Below are positions 12,830 to 27,700 of a stretch of DNA of 64,000 nucleotides, piece after piece. A program made the translations under genes and the position numbers. Source of the stretch: Eledone cirrhosa (lineage: Eukaryota); NCBI GenBank assembly GCA_964016885.1, contig OZ024740.1, positions 154,194,001-154,258,000 of the forward strand. Reading direction: 5' to 3'. Below the pieces are notes generated by a model, which worked only from the letters and a program-made list of their open reading frames with translations, was not told the DNA's origin and searched no databases. Each line of letters starts with the position of its first letter. Positions within the stretch are counted from its first letter, which is position 1.

Positions 12830-13060
12830 TTAAAAAAATATTGACTTTTCAACAAGAAAAAACTTTTTTTTTTTGTTTAACTATTTCGCCTAAAGGCGTA
12901 GAATATTTTGAGAGACTGACCAGATCAAAGTTTGACCTGGCAGTCCCTCTACAAAATGGTACAAAAATTAAAGTTATCAGACAAGAATTTCTATAGAAAT
13001 TTAAACAGAACTTACTCAGCAAGTTATACGCGTGTGTCCATCCCGATAGATAGATAGATA

Positions 13061-15540
<2,480 letters not shown>

Positions 15541-16027
15541 TCATGGATTGGGAGAAGATAGATTCAGAGATTGTAGAAGATAGAGACCGAGACAGAGAGA
15601 CTTAAGACGTTAGAGAGAGAGACTGAAGAAGCTAGAGAGGGGGGGGGTATAAAGAGGGGGGAGAGTGAGAGAGTGGGGGCAGAGAAAGAGAAAGAAAAAT
15701 AGAAATAGAGAGGAGAGAGAGTATGTGAGAGAGACGGAAGGAAAAAAAACATGTCCTGACAGAGTAGTCAATAGAATATTTGAAGACCTCGTTTAACAAT
15801 AGAATGTTTATATAGTCAAATAGAAAACGAAAACGACGATTCAAAATTAAATGAAAATGGCTGTCCAACTATTTTCGTGATTTTCTGAAGATACAATATT
15901 GGCGCCTGGCTGGCAGGGATCAGTTTTTTTTTAACATTCATTCTATTATTTACTGTTTGAAAGATATTCGATATGCAACATGTTACACAATTGTATTTAG
16001 ATGTGTATATTATCCTGTACATAACCG

Positions 16028-16935
16028 TGCTTGATTGCATTCGTCTTTATATGTATGTATGTATGTATGTATGTGTGTGTGTGTATGTATGTGTGTATGT
16101 ATTATGTATGTATGTATGTATTTATATAAATATGTATCTATGTTTCTATGTATGTAAGTATGTATATATGTATGTATGTATGTATGTGTATATGCATGTG
16201 TGTATATATGTATGTATGTACGTTTCTATGTATGTATGTATATACGCATGCGTGTATATATGTATGTATGTATTTATGTAAATATGTATGTATGTTTCTA
16301 TGTATGTATGTATATGTGTATGTATATATGTATATATCTATGTATGTATGTGTATATGCATGTATGTATATATGTATGTATGTGTGTATGTGTATATGCA
16401 TGTGTGTATATATGTATGTATGTATTTATCTAAATATGTATGTACGTTTCTATGTATGTATGTATATACGCATGCGTGTATATATGTATGTATGTATTTA
16501 TGTAAATATGTATGTTTCTATGTATGTATGTATATGTGTATGTATATATGTATATATCTATGTATGTATGTGTATATGCATGTATGTATATATGTATGCA
16601 TGTGTGTATGTGTATATGCATGGGTGTATATATGTATGTATGTATTTATCTAAATATGTATGTACGTTTCTATGTATGTATATATGCATGCGTGTATATA
16701 TATGTATGTATGTATTTATGTAAATATGTATGTATGTTTCTATGTATGTATGTATATATGTATGTATATATGTACATACATATATACATACATACATAGA
16801 AACATACATGCATATTTACATAAATACATACATACATATATATATATATACACGCATGCATATATACATACATACATAGAAACGTACATACATATTTAGA
16901 TAAATACATACATATATACACACATGCATATACTT
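16028..16935. repeat. TATG/TA compound microsatellite with higher-order repetition and a strand switch to CATA near 16775
   Basis: Recurring GTTTCTATG, GCATGCGTG and TATTTATGTAAA; their reverse complements appear after ~16775. Confidence 0.85.
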
Positions 16936-16938
16936 ATG

Positions 16939-17544
16939 TCAGGTCACCAGTTGGTGCTACTGGTAACATGTATCCCAGTACAACCTGTCTCATGGTCGGG
17001 TCGTTGGCAACTAAACTGGCGACCCCACCAAGGTTTCTTGGTGAGGGGGGTGACTTTGGACATCCTGCAGGACTAAAAACAAAACCTGTCAAAGGGCAGA
17101 GGATCTCTTAAGAGTCAATGGCCATCCAAAATCACCGGGAGAGATGACCCCTTAGCCTTTGTCAAGGCAGAATTCTAGGAGAAGGAAAACTCTGATATAA
17201 CACCTGCAACCGTGATGGTATCCAATGATGTTGACTTGTTCTTCTTTTTGGTAAATATCATCTTGGTTAAGAGAGTGGGACTGGCTTTGTGCAGTGCCTT
17301 TGTTCACTATAAAAGCTTCACGGCACAGGCATTGCTTTATGTCTGGAGATCGCTCTGCACTTGTCGTCACATGGTACCTTGGGCCCAGCACTATGTGTCA
17401 ATAATTGTCACAAGTGTAGTGTTTGTACCAGAGTTTTCAAGTTGCTGGCTGGACTAAAATGTCACACCCGTTCAGCGCATCGGTAGGGGTTCTCCTACAT
17501 GGTTCTCCTAGTGGCCGTACTCGAAAACGAGTTGGCAACCACCA
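16939..17544 (+). mobile_element. Full unit of the RTE-derived non-autonomous element
   Basis: Reverse complement of 5993-6600 with the same 5' start (TCAGGTCACC) and 3' end (CCACCA then TATG repeats). Confidence 0.75.
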
Positions 17545-17657
17545 TATATGTATATATATATGTATGTATGTGTATATGCATGTATATATATATGTATGTA
17601 TGTATTTTATGTATATATATATATGTATATATGTCTCAATGTATGTATGTATGTATG

Positions 17658-17691
<34 letters not shown>

Positions 17692-18105
17692 TGTATGTAT
17701 GTATGTATGTATGTATGTATGTATGTATGTATGTATGTATGTGTGCATGTATGTGTGTGAGTGAGTGTTTATGTATGTTTCGATATATATCTGGAGTACT
17801 TCTGTCTATATGAATTTATTATATGTATACAGGAATGATTACCTTTGTAAATACATATCTATTTTTGCACATACACACACATACATACATACACGTATAA
17901 ATATGCATGTATGTATACATACATAAATACATACATAAATACATAAACATACATACATACATGCATGCATGCATACCTACATAAATACATACACACACAC
18001 ATAAATACATAAACATACATACATGCAAGCATACATACATACATACATACATACATACATACATACATACATACATACATACATACATACATACATACAT
18101 ACACA

Positions 18106-19965
18106 GTTAGCTAAAGTCCCACAACCATTGGTAGCTGCTGTTGAACGCCTGACCAAGAACTGGTACACCAATTTGATCCTTAGAGGTGAGAAGGAGCAGG
18201 TTAAGACTGATAAGATACATTACCAGAAGGGCATCTTTCAGGGTGATAGCTTGTCAGTGCTACTCTTCGTTCTCTCACTGAATCCACTATCTTACCTACT
18301 CAGGAAACAAGGTGGACAAAGAAGTGGACCCAGAAGTATCTCCCATCTTTTCTTTGTTGATGACCTGAAGTTGTATGGGCCAAATATCAATGACATCAAA
18401 AAACAATTGGACCTCATTACACAATTTTCAACCGACATCAAAATGAAATTTGGTGAGTCCAGGTGTGCATATTTGGCAGTAAAACGTGGAAGAGCTGTGC
18501 CCTCCTCTAGAAATCTAGAGATGAACGGCCTGACAATACAACCTCTGCAGTCAGGTGACAACTACAGATATCTTGGACAGGATGAGAATGTCAGATATGA
18601 TGGACCCATAAATAAGGAGGGAACCAGAACTGAATATCTCAGAAGAGTAAAGAAAATATGGTCATCAGAACTGTCAGCATACAACAAATACATTGCCCAC
18701 AATACTTATGCTGTGCCAATTCTAACGCCAACATTTGGCCTACTGAACTGGTCATTGCAAGAACTAAGTGAGATGGATGTTAGAACTCGAAAACTTCTCA
18801 GTGTTACTGGCAACTTTAACATCAATGGTGATGTGGATAGGCTATACTTCTCACGCAAGGAAGGTGGCCGGGGTCTAAAATCAATATTAACAACATATGA
18901 GACCCGGATAGTAACACTGAAGCAACACCTTCAACAGAGGAAAAAGGTTGGCAACCATCTTGCCCAGGTTTATGAGCATGAAAAAAGAAATATCATTAGA
19001 ATAGCGACTGATCTGGAGGAGAGATATGGAATAAAGCCTGATATAAATCTCTCACCCAGAGAAATCGGAAGATCCTATTCAATGTTCAAACAAGATAAGA
19101 AAATTGACCAATTTACAGAAAAAGTTGTGCATGGATACTTGAGGCGTAAAACACAGACCATAGAGGGGATAAACCACTCAAAAAGCCTGGCATGAGGTTC
19201 CGACAAGTTTATGACATCACACCTTGAGGGATATCTCTATGCAATACAGGGACAAGAACTCCCTACCAAATATCTGCTGCACAAAAGAGGAGGGCCAGCA
19301 GCTGACAATAAATGTAGGCTATGTAAAACAAAGATCGAGGATGTAAGCCACATTGTTGCCAGCTGCGAAAGAATGTCATCTCGCTACTACCTCCCCATGA
19401 GACACGATGGGATAGCTAGAACCATCTGGAACGCACTTCGGAAAACAAAATTAACAACAAACGAGGAAGAATATATTGAGACAGATGGCACTAAGGAATA
19501 CTGGTGGAACCTGAAAATAAAAACTGCCACCAAATTAAAGCACAACCGGCCTGATATTGTAGTTTGGGACCACACATTGAAAACGTGTTCTGTTGTGGAG
19601 ATCAGCTGCCCACTTGATATAAACGTTGTCAGAAAAATACAGGAGAAGGAGGACATCTACGGACCATTGATGAGGAGTTTACAAATCCAGTATCCAAGAT
19701 ACACCTTTAGCTTCATACCCATCATTATTGGTGCTACGGGTTATATACCAACCCGCTTGGACCAAAGTAAGACTGAACTTGGATTTGCGGACAAAAAGCG
19801 CAGCTCCCTAATTCATAGTCTGCAAATGGCTGCGATAGCTGGCACCTTCAAAGTTTGCAAAACATTCTTGCGATTCAAGGGATGACAATTTCTTTTCTTT
19901 TACAACCTTGCCACCAGGAAGGTGGCCGGTCAAAAAAATATACTCGAAATTAAGAGAAAGAGAAA
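18106..19965 (+). mobile_element. R4/Dong-like RLE-clade non-LTR retrotransposon, 5'-truncated, in (CATA)n
   Basis: RT KGIFQGDSLS and SHLFFVDDLK; CCHC CRLCKTKIEDVSHIVASC; RLE RHD...RPDI...VEISCP; one in-frame TGA at 19193-19195. Confidence 0.9.
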
Positions 19966-19985
19966 ACATACATACATACATACAT

Positions 19986-20507
19986 TGAAAACAAAATTAA
20001 CAAACGAGGAAGAATATATTGAGACAGATGGCATTAAGGAATACTGGTGGAACCTGAAAATAAAAACTGCCACCAAATTAAAGCACAACCGGCCTGATAT
20101 TATTGTTTGGGACCACACATTGAACACGTGTTCTGTTGTGGAGATCAGCTGCCCACTTGGTGTAAACGTTGTCAGAAAAATACAGGAGAAAGAAGACATC
20201 TACGGACCATTGATGAGGAGTTTACAAATCCAGTATCCAAGATACACCTTTAGCTTCATACCCATCATTATTGGAGCTACGGGTTATATACCAACCCGCT
20301 TGGACCAAAGTATGACTGAACTTGGATTTGCGGACAAAAAGCGCAGCTCCCTAATTCATAGTCTACAAATGGCTGCGATAGCTGGCACCTTCAAAATTTG
20401 CAAAACATTCTTGCGATTCAAGGGATGACAATTTCTTTTCTTTTACAACCTTGCCACCAGGAAGGTGGCCGGTCAAAAAAATATACTCGAAATTAAGAGA
20501 AAGAGAC
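19986..20507 (+). mobile_element. Second, shorter tandem copy of the R4-like element (RLE and 3' UTR)
   Basis: Near-identical to ~19440-19965; flanked by CATA repeats. Confidence 0.9.
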
Positions 20508-20951
20508 ATACATACATACATACATACATACATACGTACATACACACATACATACACACATACATACATACATACATACATACATACATACATACATACA
20601 TACATACATACATACATACACATATTTAGTTATGGTAGAAGAGGTTTTGCTCATATAAATTAAACCACCCAGACAGATAAGATCGATGAAGTTGGTGCAT
20701 CAAAGCCATTAAGAATAACAAAGAATCCTCTAGCCAAGCCCGTAAAAAATGCAGCAAAACTACTAGCATTTTATTCAGATGATGGGAACGACATCTTGAT
20801 ATCGTACTGTATAAATGGCTGCTCTGTTCCAAATTACACATAAAGGAATAATAAGATATATTACAAATTGAAAAATCCTAAATACGAAAAAGGATTAAAC
20901 TGTAAACACAGTATCATCGTTAATATAAGACCCACATGCAAACGCGCGCGC

Positions 20952-20995
<44 letters not shown>

Positions 20996-20999
<4 letters not shown>

Positions 21000-21835
21000 T
21001 TAGCGAGAATCGCATTTCGGCCGGGTAGAAATTAGCGAAACGCAACTTCCATATTGTGTAGACAAGCGCTCCATGCATATGAAGAAGATACCAGAGCTAT
21101 AAACATAAGTTAAAATGGTCATACACGCTGAGACAATGGTTAAGAAGCCATAGCCACCATAGCCAAAGAAGCGAACAAGCTAAACGGGTAAAACAAAATG
21201 AGATATGATTGAAATAGTTACCCGGACCCTCGGAGAAGATAGAATACTCCGAAATTGGGTTTCTGCAACACCTAAATCAATAATACTGTCTGCTTATAAA
21301 AAATAAGCTTTTGGTATAATGATCGAACAAGGCATCGCTTTCTCAACAGGTTTTAGTTCGTCTTGCGCCAGAATCTCGGAGGTTGTGAAAGCACATGTGA
21401 GATGCTAAGGGGAGAAAACACCTATTTTGGCCAGTTAATTCAGCATGTGTAGTTATTGCAAAAATTTGCAAAAACCGCACAAAACGAATTAAGCTCTCTA
21501 CCGAGTTGTTTTTAAAATATACTTAAGCGATTAATCGGTCAATAGAATTAACTAAAAAGCCAAAAAAATTAACTGGTTAATCGCTTGACTTGGGAGATTA
21601 ATACAAATATAAATTTAGCGAGAATCGCATTTCGGCGGGTAGAAATTAGCGAAACGCAACTTCCATATTGTGCAGACAAGCCCTCCATGGATATGAAGAG
21701 GATAGCAGAGCTATAAACATAAGTTAAAAATGGTCATACACGCTGAGACAATGGTTAAGAAGCCATAGCCACTATAGCCAAAAAAAGCGAACAAGCTAAA
21801 CTGGTCAAACAAAATGAGATATGATTGAAATAGTT

Positions 21836-21839
<4 letters not shown>
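20996..21839 (-). mobile_element. Retrozyme-like non-coding element, 615-bp unit present ~1.4 times, in (TA)n
   Basis: Direct repeats 20996-21224 and 21611-21839; hammerhead at 21220-21351; no ORF. Confidence 0.7.
21220..21351 (-). ncRNA. Type I hammerhead ribozyme, U3-A8 core variant
   Basis: ACCTG-TTGAGAA-a-GCGATGCCT...AGGTGTTGC-a-GAAA-CCC(aatt)TCGGAG...CTCCGA-GGG-TC^CGGGT; all three stems pair. Confidence 0.75.
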
Positions 21840-21912
<73 letters not shown>

Positions 21913-21929
21913 GAGGTTTGACCCCGACG

Positions 21930-21999
21930 GCAGAGCTCAAACCGTTTCGACGGCTATTTCTGGATCCAGATATAGCCGTCGAAACGGCTTGAGCTCTGC
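21930..21999. repeat. 70-bp near-perfect palindrome containing a hammerhead 3' half
   Basis: Centred on GGA|TCC (21964/21965) with 2 mismatches; minus strand continues GAAA-CGG...CCG-TC. Confidence 0.8.
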
Positions 22000-22097
22000 T
22001 CAATATATATATTATAATAAAATAACAGGAGGCTGTAATGAATGTAATAGATAAAATCCATGGATGTTATCTATTTCATTCAATTATTATATTTCGA

Positions 22098-22155
22098 ATA
22101 CCTGATGATATCACCGGATTCATACGGAACCCGGTCATTGAAATGATCATAGTAT
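22098..22155 (+). ncRNA. Degenerate PLE-type minimal hammerhead ribozyme
   Basis: ATAC-CTGATGA-[ACCGG/CCGGT stem II]-GAAA-TGATCA-TA^GTAT; palindromic stem III; inside an inverted repeat ~22010-22036/22185-22210. Confidence 0.6.
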
Positions 22156-22358
22156 AATAAACCTTTCAAGTATTTACACAATTCCAGCCTCCTGTTATTT
22201 TATTATAATATTTAACACCGTACTCGCACCACCAGCTACAAAAACGAAGACGGTTGAACTGCTTTACGTTGAGTAGTCTCCATATTATTACATCAAGATT
22301 GACCATACGGAATTGACCAGCTCTAATCAGTGGTGAACCTTCAAACCTAAATAATATT

Positions 22359-22536
<178 letters not shown>

Positions 22537-22545
22537 CACATATAC

Positions 22546-22590
<45 letters not shown>

Positions 22591-23015
22591 TAACTCTGAT
22601 ACTGGTTCAGTCTAGTTCAACCGGATTGGTCTGTCCCAGTCATTCATTGAGCAACATCGGTGAGGTTGGCACCCTTAACTCACGGTTGGGTGTGGATGCA
22701 TTCATGTATATGTGTGTGTCCGCATGTATCTGTGTGTTTCTAAATATATTGTTAATAACTCCCTCTGGTTGAGTAATCTTTGAAGTGTGGTGACTGCTGG
22801 AAAGCTGCCATTACTCATACTTCTCACCTCCTTCACCACCTCTTCTGCGGCTTCGATATAAATACCCCCTCCGCCTCTGTGGTATTTTCTTCGGGGTTAT
22901 AAGAGGCTTAGCTCTGTTTCTCGACCGTTATATCGCGTGACTATCTCCCCCTCCGCCTTTTGGGATTCTTTCTCACGTCGTGTAGACGCGTTCTTGAGAC
23001 TAGTAAAATGAGGTA

Positions 23016-23105
23016 TCCTCTTGATAAGTCGGCAGACCTCGCAGGGACTCTATATCTTTATGATGTATTGTTTTTGTTTATGCCACGAAACTACGTAGTC
23101 GAGGA
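23016..23105 (+). ncRNA. Type I hammerhead ribozyme, U3-A8 core (unit 1)
   Basis: TCCTC-TTGATAA-GT(c)GGCA...TGCCAC-GAAA-CTACGTAG-TC^GAGGA; predicted cut after C23100. Confidence 0.8.
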
Positions 23106-23608
23106 ATCTAGGAACAGTTTAGGTATGATACATTTTATTACTAATTATATCTAAATGTTTCTTCTCTCTTCATAATGTATTTTTAACTCTGATACTGGTT
23201 CAGTCTAGTTCAACCGGATTGGTCTGTCCCAGTCATTCATTGAGCAACATCGGTGAGGTTGGAACCCTTAACTCACGGTTGGGTGTGGATGCATTCATGT
23301 ATATGTGTGTGTCCGCATGTATCTGTGTGTTTCTAAATATATTGTTAATAACTCCCTCTGGTTGAGTAATCTTTGAAGTGTGGTGACTGCTGGAAAGCTG
23401 CCATTACTCATACTTCTCGCCTCCTTCACCACCTCTTCTGCGGCTTCGATATAAATACCCCCTCCGCCTCTGTGGTATTTTCTTCGGGGTTATAAGAGGC
23501 TTAGCTCTGTTTCTCGACCGTTATATCGCGTGACTATCTCCCCCTCCGCCTTTTGGGATTCTTTCTCACGTCGTGTAGACGCGTTCTTGAGACTAGTAAA
23601 ATGAGGTA

Positions 23609-23698
23609 TCCTCTTGATAAGTCGGCAGACCTCGCAGGGACTCTATATCTTTATGATGTATTGTTTTTGTTTATGCCACGAAACTACGTAGTCGAGGA
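23609..23698 (+). ncRNA. Type I hammerhead ribozyme (unit 2)
   Basis: Same sequence as 23016-23105, shifted +593. Confidence 0.8.
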
Positions 23699-24201
23699 AT
23701 CTAGGAGCAGTTTAGGTATGATACATTTTATTACTAATTATATCTAAATGTTTCTTCTCTCTTCATAATGTATTTTTAACTCTGATACTGGTTCAGTCTA
23801 GTTCAACCGGATTGGTCTGTCCCAGTCATTCATTGAGCAACATCGGTGAGGTTGGCACCCTTAACTCACGGTTGGGTGTGGATGCATTCATGTATATGTG
23901 TGTGTCCGCATGTATCTGTGTGTTTCTAAATATATTGTTAATAACTCCCTCTGGTTGAGTAATCTTTGAAGTGTGGTGACTGCTGGAAAGCTGCCATTAC
24001 TCATACTTCTCGCCGCCTTCACCACCTCTTCTGCGGCTTCGATATAAATACCCCCTCCGCCTCTGTGGTATTTTCTTCGGGGTTATAAGAGGCTTAGCTC
24101 TGTTTCTCGACCGTTATATCGCGTGACTATCTCCCCCTCCGCCTTTTGGGATTCTTTCTCACGTCGTGTAGACGCGTTCTTGAGACTAGTAAAATGAGGT
24201 A

Positions 24202-24291
24202 TCCTCTTGATAAGTCGGCAGACCTCGCAGGGACTCTATATCTTTATGATGTATTGTTTTTGTTTATGCCACGAAACTACGTAGTCGAGGA
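24202..24291 (+). ncRNA. Type I hammerhead ribozyme (unit 3)
   Basis: Same sequence as 23016-23105, shifted +1186. Confidence 0.8.
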
Positions 24292-24522
24292 ATCTAGGAG
24301 CAGTTTAGGTATGATACATTTTATTACTAATTATATCTAAATGTTTCTTCTCTCTTCATAATGTATTTTTAACTCTGATACTCGTTCAGTCTAGTTCAAC
24401 CGGATTGGTCTGTCCCAGTCATTCATTGAGCAACATCGGTGAGGTTGGCACCCTTAATTCACGGCTGGGTGTGGATGCATTCATGTATGTGTGTGTGTCC
24501 GCATGTATCTGTGTGTTTCTAA

Positions 24523-24587
<65 letters not shown>

Positions 24588-24733
24588 ATATGTATGTATA
24601 TATATATATATATATTAAGGTTATCAATTATTTTACAAAAAGTCAAAACGTCATAAACCTAATATATATATATATACTTCGTTTCTGAATTTGTTTAGCA
24701 AGAATCTTTATCTGAAAACGTGTGTTGTAACCG

Positions 24734-27700
24734 ATATTGTTATACTTTGGGAGGGTCATGTTGCCAATAAGAAAGACACGCACCAGTTGCTTTCACTTCA
24801 ATTTATTATAATAAATTTATAAATTTAGGAATTTATAAATTTCCTGTTGGTTGGTTGGTTCCACAACCAGATGGTTGTTTATATATTGTCAAAGTTCTTT
24901 CGCCACACATTCTGTGACCTCTTCAGTGACTGGGGATTCTTTTCTTTGTTTTTGTGCCTCTCCTTTGTTCTGTCCTACGCCATCTTGTTTCTGTGTGTGT
25001 GTTGTGTGCTCAGTCTGCGCATGCGCCACATACGGGTGTCTGTGTGTGTTTATATTCGCTTATTTATTTGTTTATTTACCTGTTACTGGTTCGTTGTTTG
25101 TTCTATGTGCGTGTGTGTTTTCATTTTGTCCTTAATTGTAAGTTGTGATGTTTCTGTTCCACTCATGTTTTCTATTTAATTTTGGTTGTAATTCTTTTAT
25201 GTTTATTGCCTCTGTGATTTGTCTAAACATTGCGTCTTTTCTGTGTGTAGATTCTATTTTTATTTCTATGTTCTCTAATTTACCCTTATGTTCTATTTTA
25301 GCATGTTGGTAGAGTACAGATGATTCTTTACTATCTTGAAGGTCTCGCCAGTGTTCATTTATCCGTCCCCCTACACTACGAGCTGTCTCACCTATGTACA
25401 CTATATTTTTATCTCTACATTGTCCTTCAGTACATCTTATGCTATATACTACATTTCTAGTTTTACAGTTAATATGGGGGCTTAATTTACAGGTTATACA
25501 TTTCTTATCTATACATGGGGGCTCTTTGAAAAGGGTATGTCTTGCTAATAAGTGTTTTTATGGAGGAACCTGGTCTTTCTACTATCTTAATATTGAGTTT
25601 ATGTTTATCTATGGCCCTTCTAAATTTGTAAGCTAATCCGCCTCTAGGGGTTGTATCGATGAACATTACACTCTGGTATTTATTGCTATCATACCATGAG
25701 TTTATTCTATTAGCCTTATTCCTAGTTCTTTCTATTCTATTCCAAAATTTGCTCCTATACAAGGGGCAGGTCCCATTTGTGTCATTATTTACCATTTTTT
25801 CCCATTTGGTTCTGGCTCCTCTATAAACTCTGATTTTATCTCTCTGATTGTAACCAGAGAACTGCATACGGTGGATGAAGTGTTGTATGTGTCTCTCTAG
25901 TTCTTCGGGGTTGCACATGCGGGACACGTTTCTCATCACCCGTACCAAATCCGCAATCAGTATGTTGATTTTGGTATGGTCCGAAACAGCTGAGTTTCGG
26001 TGCATCAGATATTTGGAAGTCATGGGTTTGGCATAATGGGAATGGAGGATTTGTTTTTTGTTATTAATGGTATCTAACCAGAGCTCTGTGTCTAGTACAG
26101 GTAATCAATGGTTGGGGTGTTTGCTTGGGTAGTCTATAGTAACTCTAATACTCTGGTGGATGGAGTTAGCTATTTGCTGGATGCTTTCCATTGTGTTTTT
26201 CTCTAATTCCTGACTGTTCTCTAGTGGGGGTGTCTTATCTACGATTTTATATCATCTACGTAGCGGGAGTACATTATCAGGGTTAAGGGATCTTCTAATT
26301 GTTCTTTAAGTTTAAGTTTAAGTCTACTGTCCCACCATACCATGAATAAGTTAGCTATGTCACCTGCAATGCTAACACCAATGGCTGCTCCCTCCTCTTG
26401 GGCATATGTTTTTCCATTAAATTTGAACATATGTTCCTTAAGGGTTAATTTTATGCTGGCTCCCACCGTGAGTGCAATCATTTTCTTTAGTTCATCGTGG
26501 TTTTTGGGGGTCCGTATGGCTCTGGTCCACCCGTTCCATCTATCTGTGTGGGTTTTATTGGCCATTGAGGTACTGGTAGGTGGTCTGCCTCTTGCTGGTC
26601 TTGTAGGGCACAGGTTGCTAAGGTCATATGTGTCTAGGTAATTATTACTATAGGTAAGTTTAAGTAGAAGTCCCAGCTGACTGGTATCAATCCCACGGAA
26701 TTCAACATTGCTCTCACTGATCATTTCTACGCATTTCTCCACAGCAAAATCCACCTCAATAGATGGATACAGGGACACAACATCCATACTACCTATTATG
26801 CAGTTTGCTAGGTCCCTAGATCGGTTACTCTCGCCGATTCTGCTGAGGAGGTCCTCCGTGCTGTCACATACATCTGGGGACATTTCAATGATGGGGCGTA
26901 TGATCAGGGAGAGGAAATAGGACAGTCTGTAGTTACTAGCAATGTTAGCTCCACAGACTGGCCGTGTTGGTGGTCCCGTGACAGGGTCACGGCCCGTTTA
27001 TGGTTTTTCAAAGCCCATACAACGCTGGCACATCATTGTTCCAGGCCTGGAAGTTGTTGGCATTCCTTTTGTTGGGCTGCATTATATTTGTCCACATCAC
27101 CATATGGGCATTGAGGGCTTTTTCTCTATCCTCATGCTCTTGTGGTGTTACTTCTCTTGTGTTAGTGATGTGGGGTTGCATTGCCTGGATGTAGTTTGGC
27201 AGACTGTCAACCGACATTCTGCCAGACTTGTCTGTTGGAAAGCATGCTATCTCTCCATTACGCGAGCGCTGCATGAGCTTACGCAAGCCATTTGCAGATT
27301 TTTCTCCCAGTTGCTGGGCCTCCATTCTATTATGCTTCTTGCTATACTGTTCTATAATATTTCTAAGTTTAGATCCAGTTATACTAAATTGTGCTTCTGT
27401 TTGTTCATCGACCTGTGACGGCAATTGCGTGCGTTTGTTAAAAGCTAAAGTCGTGGCATTGACTCGTCGCAGGTCGAACGACTTATCAGAGGGATTATAA
27501 AAAGTAGAGTTCCAAGCTGCTGCTTTATGTGTACTAGTGCTATTGTTATTGTTAGTTGTGTTATTTCTATTTCTATTTCCACCAACAGCCTCGTGGTTGT
27601 TTCTATGTCTCTCATTATTACTCCTGTCTCTTTCCTCTGGCTCATTGTTATTATTAATGACTGTATTTTGTGTGTCTGTGTGTTCGTCTTGGTTATTTTC

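Larger units (their letters stand above)
7310..13044 (-). mobile_element. Full-length Tx1-like LINE (family A1), ~5.7 kb
   Basis: 5' UTR starting GGGATGGACAC, ORF1 with gag knuckle, ORF2 APE-RT-CCHC, AATAAA, and (TATC)n on both flanks. Confidence 0.95.
22587..24529 (+). mobile_element. Tandem array of a 593-bp hammerhead-containing non-coding unit (~3.3 copies), retrozyme-like
   Basis: Units start at 22587, 23180, 23773 and 24366 (partial) and are nearly identical; (TA)n on both flanks; one hammerhead per full unit. Confidence 0.85.

Noticed and set aside
16942-17055. HDV-like ribozyme (GGTCACC/GGTGACT resembles P1 with a G-U wobble)
   Set aside because: No P3/L3 directly before the 3' strand and no GG, P4 or J4/2 after it.
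15973-18171. Many ORFs rich in MYVC/YI/HT/YLSI here and at 22.3, 29.0-29.9, 36.7 and 56.5 kb
   Set aside because: Translations of microsatellites and minisatellites, not genes.
22587-24529. CRISPR array or tandem 64-aa gene
   Set aside because: Whole units are near-identical with no variable spacers and no cas genes; the ORF starts at TTG and overlaps the ribozyme.
26100-26112. In-frame TGA in the PLE RT as selenocysteine (reported for some Naiad PLEs)
   Set aside because: It falls at the basic position before LPVLD, best explained by CGA>TGA decay in a copy with other frameshifts; no SECIS recognised.
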